64,000 bases of DNA from the human T2T-CHM13v2.0 reference genome, Homo sapiens: NCBI GenBank assembly GCA_009914755.4, contig CP068257.2, forward strand, positions 24,832,001-24,896,000, written 5' to 3'. The notes beneath the pieces were generated by a model. The model saw only the letters and a list, made by a program, of their open reading frames with translations. It did no database searches and was not told where the DNA came from. Positions 14,405 through 27,466 of the stretch are shown here, piece after piece (within the stretch, counting starts at the first letter, position 1; every line of letters starts with the position of its first letter). The position numbers and the translations under genes are program-made.

Positions 14405-14670
14405 AGACAAGGTCTAACTGCGTCACCCAGGCTGGAGTGCAGTGACTCACTGAAGTCTCAACCTCTGGGCTCAAGTGATTCTCCCACCTCAGCCTCCCTA
14501 GTAGCTGGCACTATGGGCACACGTCACCATTACCAGCTAATTTTGTAATTTTTGTAGAGACAGGATTTCGCTATGTTGCCAGGCTGGTCTCCAACTCCTG
14601 AGGTAAAGCAATCTGCCTGCCTCAGCCTCCCAAAGTGCTGGGATTACAGGCATGAGCCACCATGCCTGGC
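14405..14670 (-). mobile_element. Alu SINE (antisense)
   Basis: …gtcacccaggctggagtgcagtgactcactgaagtctcaacctctgggctcaagtgattctcccacctcagcctccc…gcctcccaaagtgctgggattacaggcatgagccaccatgcctggc. Confidence 0.9.
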
Positions 14671-14704
14671 GAGTACTACATCTTCCAGGTAGCCTTAAAG
14701 CTAG

Positions 14705-14727
14705 TGTTTTGTTTTGTTTTGTTTTTT
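14705..14727. repeat. (GTTTT)n short microsatellite
   Basis: gttttgttttgttttgtttttt. Confidence 0.85.
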
Positions 14728-14952
14728 ACATGTTGAGTTTTGGAAAATAAGTTGTAATAAAATATTTTGTGTCAATTCTCAGGAAACCTCCTTAAAAGAT
14801 GGCTGGAATGGGATTTTTCTCCCATTTTCTGTCTTACCTTCCTTTCAGCTTTCTGAAATAGGAGTGTAATGGCTGAGCTCTAGTCTCCAAGGTGGACCAT
14901 GAAGACAAGAGCCATATCCTAGGGATGGAAGAGGTATGAGTTTGATGGAGTT

Positions 14953-15023
14953 TGTATCCTTAATAACAACATGGAGATGCTGTATCAACTCCCATTTCCT
15001 TTGCACGAGAAACAAACTAGTTT
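14953..15023 (+). repeat. Copy A of a roughly 70-bp direct repeat (unclassified)
   Basis: tgtatccttaataacaacatggagatgctgtatcaactcccatttcctttgcacgagaaacaaactagttt vs copy B tgtatccccagtaacaacatggagatgctatatcaactcctgttccctttacatgagggagaaacaaactcgttt. Identity is about 85%. Confidence 0.6.
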
Positions 15024-15947
15024 AAAAAAAATTATTAAAGTCTCTGTTATTCTAGTTTGAGTGTGAATGTATGTGTGTGTGATATGCTACCCAACCTAAT
15101 CTTACCTAATACAATTCCTTTGCCAAAATTGCTATATAGTTTAAACAAAAACAAATATTTAATGTGGAAATGGCAGTTTTAAGGAACATACAGGTACTCT
15201 GGGATCCTGTAGAAAAGTTCTAAAAAAGCATATCAGAACCAGGAAAGCAAGAGACTGCATTCAATTTCATTAATTGGGATTGTTCCTCATATCTTACGTA
15301 GAATTAAACTTTATGGCTCAGTGAGAGATCTTTAAGAAATCTATACATTACTTCGATGTCAAAGTAGTATACAAAATGAGAATAAAAAGTGCTCTTGAAT
15401 ATGTTGTAGATTGTAGGGTGATCTACAGAATAACACTTTATCACTAGAGTTCAATGGTAAATGCTTTGATTGATGAACAAAAAGTACCCTTTAAGAACTG
15501 CCTGGTTAGCATTTATTTGCACTGACTGAATTATCTGAACAAGTGCCAAATTCTTACATGATTTTGTGCCAATATAGATTTAATGAGAGTCAAATACATA
15601 TGATTCAAAAATGGTCATATTAAAAAAATCAAACACGATTTTTCAGTTTTCTGTAAGGTTTTATATACATGCACATACATATTGTTTTATGTATGTATAA
15701 TATATATAATATAAGATATATATTTAACTGTGTGGATACCAAATGTCATCATTTGGTTAGTTGTCAGTACAGCTTTGAGACTGCACAACACAGCATACTA
15801 TATGTCAAAATCTAAATGCAGTAAATCATAGTTACAGAAGTTTCTAGAACATTTTAATGCTATGTACATGAAAGTGATTCATTTAACTGTTTAACACCAA
15901 TATTTGGAAAAGCAGTATTGACTCAGTAGTACTGAAACAGGTATAAT

Positions 15948-16024
15948 TGTATCCCCAGTAACAACATGGAGATGCTATATCAACTCCTGTTCCCTTTACA
16001 TGAGGGAGAAACAAACTCGTTTTT
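15948..16024 (+). repeat. Copy B of a roughly 70-bp direct repeat (unclassified), about 1 kb downstream of copy A
   Basis: See copy A. Both copies are followed by an A-rich run and have the same orientation. Confidence 0.6.
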
Positions 16025-16140
16025 GAAAAACAAAACACCTTAGATGTTTGATTTATCCCTCAGTCATTTTGCCTACAATTCTAACTGACTACCACTAGAT
16101 AGCGACATTCACGACTTCACTCATTAAGTATATATTGAGC

Positions 16141-16462
<322 letters not shown>

Positions 16463-19019
16463 CTAGCACTATTCTGGGTACTACGATACAAAGTTGGATG
16501 ATACATAATACTTGACTTTAAAGATTTTAGAGCCATGTACTAGATAGTAAACAAAGAGATTTTGAAGGTCAACTATCTCCAGGCATAGAAGACTATGACA
16601 AGACAACAATGAAATAATTTGGTCATACTCAGCAAAAGAGAATTGTTTTTCTTTTTAAAGTATAAATATAATACACTAGAGAGAATAGTAGTAATTTCTT
16701 AATGCTATTTCTTGGTTACATGTAACAGATTTTTGAATCAGAGAGTACTTTTGGGACATTGACCACAACTCACGTGTTTTGAAGGTAAGAAAACCAAATA
16801 TGTGAGGACCTAAAATAAAATAGTTGCCAAAGTTCTTCCAGCTAGTTTTGTGGTAGAGTTCAAACTGGAGCTTGGCAGTCCTAATTTCCACCACGGAGCT
16901 GAGTAGATTGCAATGGCCTGCCTTGCTCTCATTTTCTCATCCACTCAACAAATGCTATGGTGTATCTTCTTTGTGCCAGACACTCTACTAAGCACTAGGC
17001 ATGTAAAGATGAAAAAATTCTACTTGGGAAGTAGAGAAAGAGAGGAGAAAAGAATTCCTGGAATGTCTGTGAAATTTAAGCTCTAAGACCTGATGACTGA
17101 TCCAACGGGGGAGTGAGTGAAAGGCAAGAGTGTAGAATGCTTTCCCTATGGGTGATTGCATTCTGCCACACAATACAGTCTATCAAAATGTGTTGAAAAG
17201 AAAAATATGAAACATGGAATTATAAACTAGAGTCCAATAGATACAGCTACTGCACACAGGCTTTCCTGCTTTTCTCATTCCAAGCCTAAAAAATCTTCAA
17301 TTACTTCCAGATACAATACTCTCATTTATAATGCATTGGCATGGTTCACCCTTTTGAAGTAACCTTTGCTGAAACTTCCCACTGAGCTAATTATCTTAAC
17401 TTGCTTATGGTGATTACTTTAGACAGGACTTTCTTCTTTTTCTTTCTGTACCTTTTTGTCATGCTTTGAGTGGAAATAAAAACTCACAAACTGGTTTTTT
17501 AATAGTGACTACAAGGATTTCTATTGAAAGTCCATTTGTTGAGATTTAAGTCCTGAGAGCATATAAGACTTAAAAGATTGAATGCGATATGAAAATTCAG
17601 AGCTAATACTCTTTCCTTTCCATTGACTCGAAGATGGAGAGTTTCAAATAAATATGGAGGCTCACACAGTCAATGACCTGGCAGAACAGCATCTGCTTTT
17701 TGGGGGCAGCTGGATATTTAAAGATTTAATAAGGATTAAATATTTAAAGATTCTAATAAAACTCATGTTGATATTGGAGATTGTAAACCTTTCCAAAGTA
17801 ACTGCTGAAGGAGGTAATAAACTCTGATGGCAAGTAGACTCCAGACAATGAGTCCACGTGCCTAACCCAGTGTCTTCTCCTGTGGCTCTACTGATTGCTT
17901 TTGTCTACACATTACAAGCTGGCCTGCCCACCCAGGCCACTGTGATCCTTTGCCTGGGCCCTCGCAAGTTCCCATTCTCTGTTGAGACAAGCCTGTGACT
18001 GATCGCTGTCTGCTGGGGAGATCTCCTGTTCTAGGGCTGTCAGTGATTTGCCTGGTTCTGACATTTATTATCTGCACACAACTCTCACAAGCCTGAGGCT
18101 GCCCAGACTCAACAGCTCCTGCCCAGTCACACCTCCTCAAATGTCTTGCTCACAACCTTACCTGTGTCAGCCTGATGTGATTGATTGGAGCTGTCATACT
18201 TTGGCTTCCTCTTAGGGTCTAGCTTCGTGCGCATTAAAATTCACAAGCAACCTATTTTCATCATAGCATCAATATCATTCTCTTTCACTATAGATGCTGC
18301 TAATACACAGCTCCAAATAGTTTCTGAGTTTTATGTCTATCCATTAGATCTCAATCTCATCTTATTCCAGTATATACAATCCCAGAGAAGGAACGTGATT
18401 GGCGTTGGGAACCTACCTTTGTATCAATTCACATGGCCAAGGCCAGAGATACTGTAATTGGCCTAGCTTTAATTAGATACCTGTCCTTAGACCTGCCATT
18501 TGTAACCACTGAGAAAGACATGAGGGAAATAGAGGTGCTCAGTTTAGTAGCAGAGGCAGGGGAATTGGCAAACAATGACACAGACATTCACACACACTGC
18601 AACTTTGTATGGTTGGCATTATTTGAATTCTAGGTTCAAGTTTGCACCTACAGATGTGAGCTAGAATTATAAAGAATGAATGACAGAGACAGATGCCCCC
18701 AAATCTCAGTTCCATTTATCTTTCATCTAAACATATAAGTGGTACCACAAAGTCAGAAACGTACCTTTGGGCATGTTTGCAGGAGTGAGGCTACGAAGAG
18801 TTCTAGTGGCCATCTGTTCTGGCAGATCATATTTCAAAAAAAAAAAATCTCAAGGTCGAAGAGAATAATAAATTATGCAGCATGAAACAATTTTAAATAT
18901 CTCTAGCCTACCTATGATGTTGGAAATTTAAGGGAGACTAAGACTGGGAAAGACACACGCATATGCATAGGATTAAACGCAAGTGGGGAAGTGCAAACTA
19001 GGTTCTATGAGATCAGAGA

Positions 19020-19130
19020 GGACGGCATCTATCACATATGTTAGCATGTGTGAGAGTGTGTGTGAGTAGAGATTGGTTGTGTGAGAGAGAGGTTGTGTGT
19101 ATATGTGTGTGTGTGAAAGGGTAACTTAGG
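19020..19130. repeat. GT/GA-rich low-complexity tract (imperfect (GT)n with gagag interruptions)
   Basis: ctatcacatatgttagcatgtgtgagagtgtgtgtgagtagagattggttgtgtgagagagaggttgtgtgtatatgtgtgtgtgtgaaagg. Confidence 0.6.
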
Positions 19131-20180
19131 GAGTTAACCCTTTCTGAATCCTAAAGGGTTGACGGGATTAGAGCAGAAGCACATTTCAGATCAAAAGAAC
19201 ACAGAAATGCCATAGGAATGTAATATATCATGATGTGCTTCAGGGACCATGAAAAGTTGACAGTTGCTGGAATAAAAAACAGAGAGGTAAGGCTGGAGAA
19301 TAAGCAGAGGTTTGGGTGGGGTCTTCTGGATAAGGAACGTCTTTAATAATACTGTAAAGAACTTGAACTTTTTATTGGAGTTCATGGGAAACAAATGAAA
19401 TGGTCTAAACATGGATACGTTTAAGGGTAACATGGAGAATGGATTTGATGGGTACCAGACTGTGTCCAGGCATTCTAATTAAAAGACTGTTGTAAATATC
19501 TGGACAAAAGATGGTAAAAGACTTAACTTGGCAATGGCAGTGGGACAGGAAAGAAGGTGGGGAGAAAAGAATTCAGGAAAAACATTGAAGGTAAAGTTAG
19601 TTGTGTCTTAAAGTTACCAAGTTCAAACTCCTAAAGGACTATTACAACTCTATCCTATTCCAAGTCACCCAAAGCTATTGGACACTCCTAATATTTAAAA
19701 GTAACTAAGTCTGGAGGAAGTTTATTCCACTGTGGAATAGCACCCTGAATGTGTGTGAAATTTTAAGGTAAATTTGGTATACTAGATCTCTTACTGTTCC
19801 CAGAGGAGTGACCTCTAGAAAGGGAAGTTTCTGACACCTTGTAGGAAAGAAGGGATGGATCAGGCCCAGAAAGGTATCACAAAGAGTGCAGGAGATAAAC
19901 TTTGCTTACTGTTGTTGCTTACTGGTCTGACTTTAACCACCTTTGTTTTCCAAAGATGAACATGTTTATAAAATGCATATCTACTCTTTAATACTGCATT
20001 ACATAAACTTTCAGCATAATGAGCATGCATAGATAGGAAGTTTGCTTTACTTGTATTATCAATGGACTCTTAACTGTCCTTCTCTGAAACTAATGTTCTT
20101 AAACTTCTGTTAAACATAAATTAAAAATAATAATCTTTTAGTTATTCTTAGATTGCTTCCTGCAGTCTGATCTTTCCATC

Positions 20181-20224
20181 CAGGTCTTTGTGCAGTTGGA
20201 ATCTAATTGGATCAGACAATGCCC
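20181..20224 (+). repeat. Left arm of a roughly 45-bp inverted repeat pair (unclassified; possibly TIR or LTR fragments of one repeat family)
   Basis: caggtctttgtgcagttggaatctaattggatcagacaatgccc vs reverse complement of 21638-21680 (caggtctttgtgcagttggagtctaattggatcacataatgccc). Identity is about 90%. Confidence 0.6.
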
Positions 20225-21637
20225 GAGGTTCCCTCCAGCTCCCTAGTACCACAACTAATTAGCAGAAATTCTACTTTAATAATACAGTTGCTGCAGGTCA
20301 AGAAAGAAAAGCAAAGCAGAAATGGAAATCTCAGCTTAATGAACATTGAAAAAAGATTAGAAGTGAGTTAAATTTCGGTGTGATAATTAATTACAGTCCA
20401 ACAAGAACAAAATTCTATGAATATTGACTAGCTGTAATTAACCTATATTTATTCACACAATTATCTCCCCCAACATCACCTCCATTTCTGAGGGGGGAGA
20501 AAGACAATATCTTCTTTCAAGAATTCTTATGTATTGTCAAGATAAGCAACAATCTCAAGTCTGTGGAGATGTAATAATTATCAAGGTAATATTAAATATA
20601 TAAGTAATTATAGCTGCATGTACTCATTCATATTATCTAGCTAAATTTTAATTACTTGTTTCTAATTTGGAAAGATATACTTTTGTCTCAAAGACCTTGG
20701 CAAAAGATGGCTACACCAAGACGCAGTAGTTGGTGTGGAAGATATCTTCTGTGATTTTTTTTTTCCCCTTAAAAGAGTAACAGTTTCAGAATATTCTATG
20801 CTTGTATACACAAACTGGGACATCACATTGTGCCCCATAAATATATGTAATTACTATTTGTCAATTTTAAAAGGAGAAGAAAAGATTTAAAAATCAGATG
20901 TATTTTTAGAAGCAGTTACTATAATGTGTTTGAATGTTTAACTGTATTCTTTGAAATTCCCATAGACCAGGGTGCTACTTACTCTTGTAAGAGTAACGTG
21001 TTACAGGGAACTTACCAGAGAGAAGATTTATGCCAGGGTTGAGCCATCGGAGTGATGGTTCTTACACCACAACTTTGTTTCTTTTCTATGTCCCAGAAGT
21101 CAGAGAAACTGAATTCTGTTTCATGTACCAGGACAGGCAAAAGGAAAGAGGAACAACCTGAGAAATGACTGTTTTTCTACCAGAGGAGCAGAAAGTTAGT
21201 CAGTATAAGCTGTGTAGACTGGGAGAATTAGGCAACCTGCAGTTATTCACATAACTTATGTTGCCTATGTGGACAGGCGGAATAAGGAGAATTACAGTCT
21301 GGGTTATCACTTCAGATAGAGATTCTTCTGATCACATTAATGCAGATTGGGCAGAGAGTGGTAGATCTAACAGCAACAGGAATTAAAGGGGTAGTAATCT
21401 TTGGGTCCACAGATCCATCTAAATCAAGTGAGTGCTAGCAGCAAGCTTGCAACAGTTAGGGCTTGCCAAATATCTGCGCTAGGCTCTACATTTCCCAGCT
21501 TCCCACGCGTCTCAGAAGGGCCATGTGACTAACTTTTCCCAACAGACTTAAAGAAAGTGATGTTTACTTCCTGTCACTTCAGTAAAGTCACGTTTACTTC
21601 CTGTCACCTCCAACTGCATTGGAGGGTTGTCTAATTG

Positions 21638-21680
21638 GGCATTATGTGATCCAATTAGACTCCAACTGCACAAAGACCTG
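21638..21680 (-). repeat. Right arm of the inverted repeat pair (1.45 kb from the left arm)
   Basis: ggcattatgtgatccaattagactccaactgcacaaagacctg. This is the reverse complement of the left arm and includes a small internal palindrome (ctaattgg…ccaattag). Confidence 0.6.
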
Positions 21681-24600
21681 TTTCCACTTCACCCCTTGTG
21701 CTCCTGGAGCAGATCTGCGTGACTGGGAGCAAAGGATCCTGGGAGGGCCAGCCCACAATATGGAAGGAGGCGGAGTCACACAGCCGTGACTTGAGAGAGA
21801 GCCACACGGGTGAACTGTTGACGTGATCAAGAAATGAAAGTGTATTTGGCTAAGCCACGGAGATTTCAGGGTTTATTTGTTTCAGCAGCATAATCAACTT
21901 CACGATTAAAAGAAGAGGATATGGATTCCAGAATCTTATTAAAATGGGATATCAAAGGGGTTTAAACTCAGGAAACAAAATGGAAGCACTACTGTGGTGA
22001 ATCCCTGGAAATACCACGTTAGTAGGCAGATGAAACTTCCAAGGACTTGGGCGTGGCTGTTAGGCTTCCCCAGTTATTTAGCTGAATGTGCAGAGCAGGG
22101 CACCGGATTTGGTAAAGAATTTGAGGGCCAAACCCATTTTGTCTTGGAGTGAAGGCTGTGATCCTCAACTCTGGCTTCAAGTTAGGTTTCAATTAAATCA
22201 CAAAAATGCTGATGTTTGGGCCTTAAGTCAAATCGGTTAAATCAGAATCTCTGGAGATGAGATCAAGATATTGTTATATTTTTAAAGTTACCCTAGTAGT
22301 GCTAATACGTAGCTAGATTGGGAATCCCTGAGTTGATGTAACTAGAGGCAAATATTTTCACAAAGGGGTCTGAAGCTGCTTAAGAGCTTTGTCTCAATAG
22401 AAATTGGGTTAGGAAGCCTAGGACAGAGTCCAAAGGAAAGAAATATCAGCTAGATTCAGATATGTGGAACTGGAAAAGAAGAATATTTTAGCATCAATCT
22501 CTCAAGAAAAAAAGAGGTAATGACTTAAAGTACTTCCATCAACAGAGATTATATGAAAGAAATGCTGTTAATGAATATTGCTATTATTTTTTTCTCAGTC
22601 TACAAAATGCATTTAAAATATAGGAAGAAATCATGGATGTACAAAATGAATATTTAACATAGAATCATTTTTTTCTGGTAAATATACAAAACTAGTAAAC
22701 CTTAACAAGATGTTACAGAAATAGAGACACTGAACAATTGCTGGCAATCTTTTTTGTTTATATATAGCCATTGAAGGATATGTTTGATTATATGAAAATA
22801 GACAGGTCAGTGCATCCCAAATGGGGAGAATACTCTAGCAAGCTAGAAATTTCCAAATTTGTGTAGACCCGGATAAATAGAATATTTATTGATATTTATC
22901 CAATACTTATAGAATATTTATGCAATACCCTATTGCTGATCTAACCCACGTTCAGCAAGGAAGATCAGTTTCCCACCAGATGTGAGTGAATCTTAATGGA
23001 AAGGTATACATTAATTTCATTTAGTCATTTATAACTTTTATTCAAAAATTTTCTTTGTTTTTGGACCATTAACATCTAGTAGGATGACCAACTTGAAAAT
23101 ATCTTCTGGTAATGAAAGATATTTATTGAACAGTAACTTATTATTTAGTTTTAACAATTTAAAAAGGTTACCAAACAACACACAACTTTGCTATACCAAG
23201 TTGCACTTGTGCCAAAGTTTTAAAATTTTCTTTACTTGGAATCAGAGTCAACTTTCTTAGTAACTTTGGTCCTTAAAACATCCTCATATTTGGTCAGATT
23301 TAATTCGATAAGGGGCCCTTTCCTACTAATGTACGCTCAGCAGGAAATCCAGATCCTAAAAATTCCAGGGAACAACATCAATAACTTATTTTATAGAAAT
23401 AGTTTTGGATTATGCCAATCAATTCACCAGTCCATGATTTCAAAGATCGTTTCATCAATCTTGTATCATTCATGTCATAGAACATAAAATAAGCCCTTTA
23501 ACAAGAATTTGGATTTCATTCTATAAGAAAGACAAGGTCATTTTTAAAAAGCAAATCAGCTAGCAAGAGTGCTATGAGAAGAATGCCTACAAAGAAAAAT
23601 GGTTATACAGCCTTCAGCCCTATTCCATAAATCTTGACTTATATTTTTCCCTTCTGCTTCTAGGAGATAGTTTGCTTCTTATATGATTCCCTAAGGGAAG
23701 TTCCAGTAGCACATGGGGCTAAGAAATATAATTTGCTCTTTTACTATTTGAAATTCAAGTTATTAAACTACCATGGACTAGTGAAGTATGACTCATATCC
23801 ATATGACCCACCTTAGAAGGAGTCATACACACTGCCTCGTACAATGATATCCTAATAATGTAAAACTAATAATTAATTTTTGGGGGACCAATCAATTTAG
23901 AATCAAAGCCCCTCTGTTATGTTGCAAAATACCTACAGAATGCACATTCTTTTCTACATTGAAAGACAGGTGACCACTTCCCTTCAGCAGACTCTTATTG
24001 TAAGATCAATATGTGTAAATATTGATCTTATGCCCTCTATTGAATTAAAGTTTGAACTGTATGTCTTATTCAGGTGACATATGTCATTTGTATCATATGT
24101 TTTTATTTGGTTTGAAATTTCAAGAAGCTAAATTTGATGTCAGCTTTCCAAGATTTCTACCTTTTACATTTGCTAAGTTCTTGAAAAAGAGTGAGGAACA
24201 CATCTCTTCATATATTCACTTACTACAGATGAAGTACCTAGTCAGTATTTTTCTAGGAGCTGTGGATACAACAATGATCTAGAAGGTGTCATATTTGGCC
24301 TCTCTCAGGGAGAAAGACAGACAACAAAAATAACATCTTATTTGAAGGCCCTATAGCCATTTTTCTTTGTTGGCATTCTTCTCATAGCATTCTTGCTAGC
24401 TGATTTGCTTTTTAAAAATGACCTTGTCTTTCTTATAGGATCACGTCCAAATTGTAAAGATGTTAAGGAAGAAGTAATTAAAATGAGATTTGAAAGATCA
24501 GTTAGTCAAGGAAGAAGAGAAAAGAGTATTCAAGGAGAGGAAACAACCAGTAGGAAGGCAAAAGAGCACAGGCCTGTTTTAAGAGAGAAAAGTTCAATAC

Positions 24601-24750
24601 AGCAAGTCTGTATTCAGTTTTGATGGTAGGAGGGTGTTTGACTAATGGTTGTGAATGTGCTTGGAGAATTAAGTCTAGCTTGTGAAGGGCCTTATGAGCC
24701 ATGCTAACATGAAAACTGGAACATAACAATAACAGTGGCAAGAGTAGAGC

Positions 24751-25127
24751 TGTTGTATTAGTCTATTCTCATGTTACTATATGGACATATCCAAGACTGG
24801 GTAATTTATAAAGCAAAGGGGTTTAATTGACTCACACTTCCGCATGACTGGGGAGGCCTCAGGAAACTTACAATCATGGGGAAGGGGAAGCAAACACGTT
24901 CTTCTTCACATGGCGGCAGGAGACAGAAGTGCTGAGCAAAGGGGGAAAAGCCCCTTATAGAACCCTCAGATCTCATGAGAATTCACTCATTACCACGAGA
25001 ACGGCATGCGAGTAACTGCCCCCAAAATTTAATTACCTCCCACTGGGTCCCTCCCACAACACATGGGGATTATGGGAACTACAATTCAAGATGAGATTTG
25101 GTTGAGGACACAGCCAAACCATATCAG
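24751..25127 (-). mobile_element. MaLR solo LTR (THE1/MST-like), antisense
   Basis: tgttgtattagtctattctcatgttactat…gactgggtaatttataaagcaaaggggtttaattgactcacacttccgcatgactggggaggcctcaggaaacttacaatcatgg…cacatggggattatgggaactacaattcaagatgagatttggttgaggacacagccaaaccatatca. This is the reverse complement of the canonical tgatatggtttggctgtgtcccc… LTR. Confidence 0.75.
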
Positions 25128-26056
25128 CTGTGTTTCAAAATGATATTCGTAGAATGAAAAATAGATAATAAAAGTCGAGAATGGAAACAGGGACACTAAT
25201 TGGGAGGCTGCTATGGTAACTGATGTGAGGAAAGGAATGGTCTCCAAAAAGATATGTCCATGTTCTAATTCCCTGAACCATATTTGGAAAGGGTCTTTGC
25301 AGGTGTAATTACATTGAGGGTCTTGAGGTGTAGGGTTCATACTGGATTACCTGGGTCAGCCCTAAATACAACGATGAGTATTTTTATAAGGGACACACAG
25401 GGGCGATGTGACAGACAGAAAAAGAGAAGGCCATGTGACTGTAGAGGCAGAGATTTCAGCATGAGCTGAGGAATGTTGACAGCACCAGAAACTGGGAGAG
25501 GTAAGGAAGGTTTTTCCTCTAGGGATTCCAGAGGGAGTATGGCTCTGCTGACACACTGTTTTCAGACTTCTGGTCCCCAGAACGTCAAGAGAATAAATTT
25601 CTGTTGTTTTTAGTTAAAATTTTTTGGTAATTTGTTATGGCAGCCACAGGTAACTAACATAGCAAGGCAAAAGCAAAACACAGGCAGATGAAAAGGAGAA
25701 AACCTGGTGCATTTGGGTCACTGTACAAGTCCAGTAGTGCAGGACCTAACAATATCTGTGAGTGAGAAGCTGGAAATGAGGTTGGACAGATAAGCAGGAG
25801 GTTATGTTTGTGAAAGGCTGCTGGGTCTGATTGCACATGAAATGCCAGAAGATCAGTGAGTGGATCAGACTGGCTGGAAGAGGATTACATTTTTGAGCAG
25901 TGGAAAGGAAAACTGGAAAGGGAAAGGGAGGAGCAATGAACAGAACACATTTTTGTTTTTTTTTTTTTTTTCAGAGAAGGGGTCTATGGTAGTGCAGGGA
26001 GAGAACTGGAAAGGGCTTGATTGGGGAAATTTATACCCTACCCAAAATAGGGCAAT

Positions 26057-26430
26057 GTCTTAGTTGCCTTGGGCTGCTATGACAAATACCACAGGCTAGG
26101 TGATTCAAACAATAGAAATTTATTTCTCATAGTTCTGGAGGCTGGGAAGTCCAAGATCAAGGTGCTGGCAAATTTGGTTCTTGGTGAGGACCTACTTTCT
26201 GGCCACCATCTTGCTGTGTCTTCACATTGCAGAGAGAAGAACCTTTGGTGGTTCTTCCTCTTTTTATAAGGATCCTAATCCCATCATGGTGGGGGATCCA
26301 CCCTCCTAACCTCATCTAAACCTAATTCTCTGTTAAAGGCCCCACCATCCTAATGCCATCATGTTGGGGATATGGGCTGCAATATATAAATTTTATGGTG
26401 GCACAAACATTCAGTCCATAACAGGCAAGA
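26057..26430. mobile_element. Ancient LTR-class interspersed repeat (ERVL/MaLR-like; exact family not assigned)
   Basis: gtcttagttgccttgggctgctatgacaaataccacaggctaggtgattcaaacaatagaaatttatttctcatagttctggaggctgggaagtccaagatcaaggtgctggcaaat…cctaatcccatcatggtggg…ccaccatcctaatgccatcatgttgggg…acaaacattcagtccataacagg is a very common mammalian repeat motif. Confidence 0.45.
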
Positions 26431-27176
26431 AATTAAACTATCCATGCATCAGATGTGGGCCACATAGGAAAGAGGGTCAGCCTGGAGCTCTTCTAGGTCC
26501 TGAGAGTACCACCTGGAAGGGCAATGGGCCACAATAGGAGAGTCTGAGTCTTTGTGGAGCGGATGATGGAAGGCCAGGAAGTGGTGCAAGGAGGAAGGGA
26601 AAGCAGACACTTGTAGCAGATGCCAGCAAGGCTTCCAGGCCAGCAGGGGAGAGGCTGTGTCTAAGTACTGGAGGCTGCTATTAGAGAGGCCCAGTGGCTT
26701 AGGACAGTACTTATCAGGAGCTGAACAAGAACTTTCCTCTTTTTCTCTCTCCCCAACAACAGCTCTCAAACTGGTGGGCCTGCACTGGGGGTGGGGAGGA
26801 CTTCTGGGTGGGAAATGAGTGGGAAGACAGAGCAATTGGCCACACCCCTCTCCCCAAGGGCAGGTGACCCACTGACTGCTGGCCTCAGCTGGAAGATGGG
26901 GATAAGCCTTGCATGAAGTCTAAGATGTTTACTGACATCTTAGATTAGACATTTAAAATTTCTGAATTAGAGTGTTTTGAGACATAGAAGACTTGAGGAC
27001 TCAGCCATCAGAGTAGAAAGTTTCCTATAAAACAGTAGTGGGACAGAGTTGTGTTTTGCTTATCTATTAAGCATCATACTTGTACCATGTACCATTTAGA
27101 TTTTCAAAGAAAAGGATGGACATTTCATCCAGGAAATCCTAGTGAGTGACTTATTTCCTTAGAATAAAATCAGTAA

Positions 27177-27466
27177 GGCCGGGCGCAGTGACTTACGCCT
27201 GTAATCCCAGCACTTTGGGAGGCCAAGGCAGGCAGATCATGAAGTCAGGAGATCGAGACCATCCTGGCCAACATGGTGAAACCCCATCTCTACTAAAAAT
27301 ACAAAAATTAGCTGGGCGTGGTGGCACATGCCTGCAATCCTAGCTACTCGGGAGGCTGAAGCAGGAGAATCGCTTGAACCGGGAGTTGGAGGTTGCAGTG
27401 AGCCGAGATTGCACCACTGCACTCCAGCCTGGTGACAGAGTGAGACTTCGTCTAAATAAATAAACA
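27177..27466 (+). mobile_element. Alu SINE (sense) with A-rich tail and a 14-15 bp TSD
   Basis: ggccgggcgcagtgacttacgcctgtaatcccagcactttgggaggccaaggcaggcagatcatgaagtcaggagatcgagaccatcctggccaacatggtgaaacc… The TSD is aataaaatcagtaa at 27163-27176 and aataaaatcagcaag at 27467-27481. Confidence 0.9.

Noticed and set aside
17860-18140. GC-richer segment with a 92-aa minus ORF (…PGKGSQWPGWAGQLVMCRQKQS…)
   Set aside because: It has a proline/glycine-rich low-complexity translation and no splice signals. It is more likely part of an unrecognised old LTR/MER element.
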